From contig NW_027266341.1 in assembly GCF_022045235.1 (NCBI RefSeq), positions 13,392,001 to 13,456,000 on the forward strand: a DNA stretch of 64,000 bases. Reading direction: 5' to 3'. The DNA is from Haliotis cracherodii (Eukaryota). Every line of letters begins with the position of its first letter. Positions within the stretch are counted from its first letter, which is position 1. The notes below the pieces were generated by a model. It had not been told where the DNA came from. It was given only the letters and a program-made list of their open reading frames with translations, and ran no database searches. Positions 63,421-64,000 of the stretch are shown one piece after another. The translations under genes and the position numbers were made by a program.

Positions 63421-63530
63421 TGGCAGTGAGGTAGCCTAGTGGAAATGCATCACAACGAGGGCCTGGTTTGATTCCCATATGGGTACAAGTGTGAAGCCTT
63501 TTTCTTTACTCACTCACTCACTCACTCACT
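63421..63530 (+). mobile_element. SINE family A, degraded and deleted
   Basis: ggtagcctagtgg...ggtttgattcccatatgggtacaagtgtgaagcc...(actc)n. Confidence 0.7.
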
Positions 63531-63875
63531 CCAGCCATTGTGACCGCCCAATCCACCTTTAGTCACCTCTCACATCTAGTGTTCAAAACAACTTAAACCA
63601 GACCAAGTATGTTGCACAATTAAACCCTGATGATGTCACGCTATCGTTGCTGCAGTTGATTCTGAGCCAGGAATTTACTGGACATTCTGAACGTATGTTT
63701 TAACAAGTTTAACTATAGGTCATTATGCCAAATTATGGAGAAATTCCACTATCACATGGTTTGAGTTGTAAAAAAAAATCACTCAAATCTGTTTATTCTG
63801 GAAGTCGTATCAGTTTGCTAATTCACAGCCTGTAGATCCTACTTCCAAAGACTCAGGTGATTTCTCAATCACAGT

Positions 63876-64000
63876 ACACTAAACTATGTTTATAATGAAC
63901 ACGCTTATAACGAACTGGCGGATACAACAAACTGATTTTTTGTCCCGGCCATTTGTTGTGTAAATGCTGTATACATGCTTATAACGAACAACGGTAATAA
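63876..64000 (+). mobile_element. Left end of a Tigger/pogo-type MITE running off the window
   Basis: tacactaaactatgtttataatgaacacgcttataacgaac. Confidence 0.55.

Overview
This is AT-rich, repeat-dense metazoan genomic DNA. The SINE content points to a mollusc, probably a gastropod such as abalone (inference). No prokaryotic features are present. The window appears to be almost entirely intronic sequence of one large minus-strand gene: a single convincing 117-bp coding exon (37074..37190, phase 2-2) encodes HKNQTSSWLPPRDNWDASTGLPYGWETGVDRNDKPYYIN, which is colinear with the WW-domain exon 2 of FRMPD4/Preso. The supplied ORF track translates it in the wrong frame. The rest consists of: (i) about 45 copies or fragments of four short retroposon families sharing a LINE-type 3' stem-loop tail (A: tRNA-Asp head; B: tRNA-Leu-like head; C: no tRNA head, RTE/RUDI-like 5' end; D: tRNA head plus Meta/MESC domain); (ii) several TA-flanked MITEs, a piggyBac transposase fossil, a CORE-SINE relic and a 5S rRNA-derived fragment; (iii) more than a dozen micro/minisatellites, three of them visibly derived from transposons, and one 268-N gap. 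The most interesting signals concern SINEs and host splicing: an orientation bias that avoids presenting GTGAGT donors, a SINE tail in the branch-point window of the exon, and inverted SINEs around a symmetric stop-free exon. All coordinates, counts and family assignments were made by eye or from memory, with no database search.
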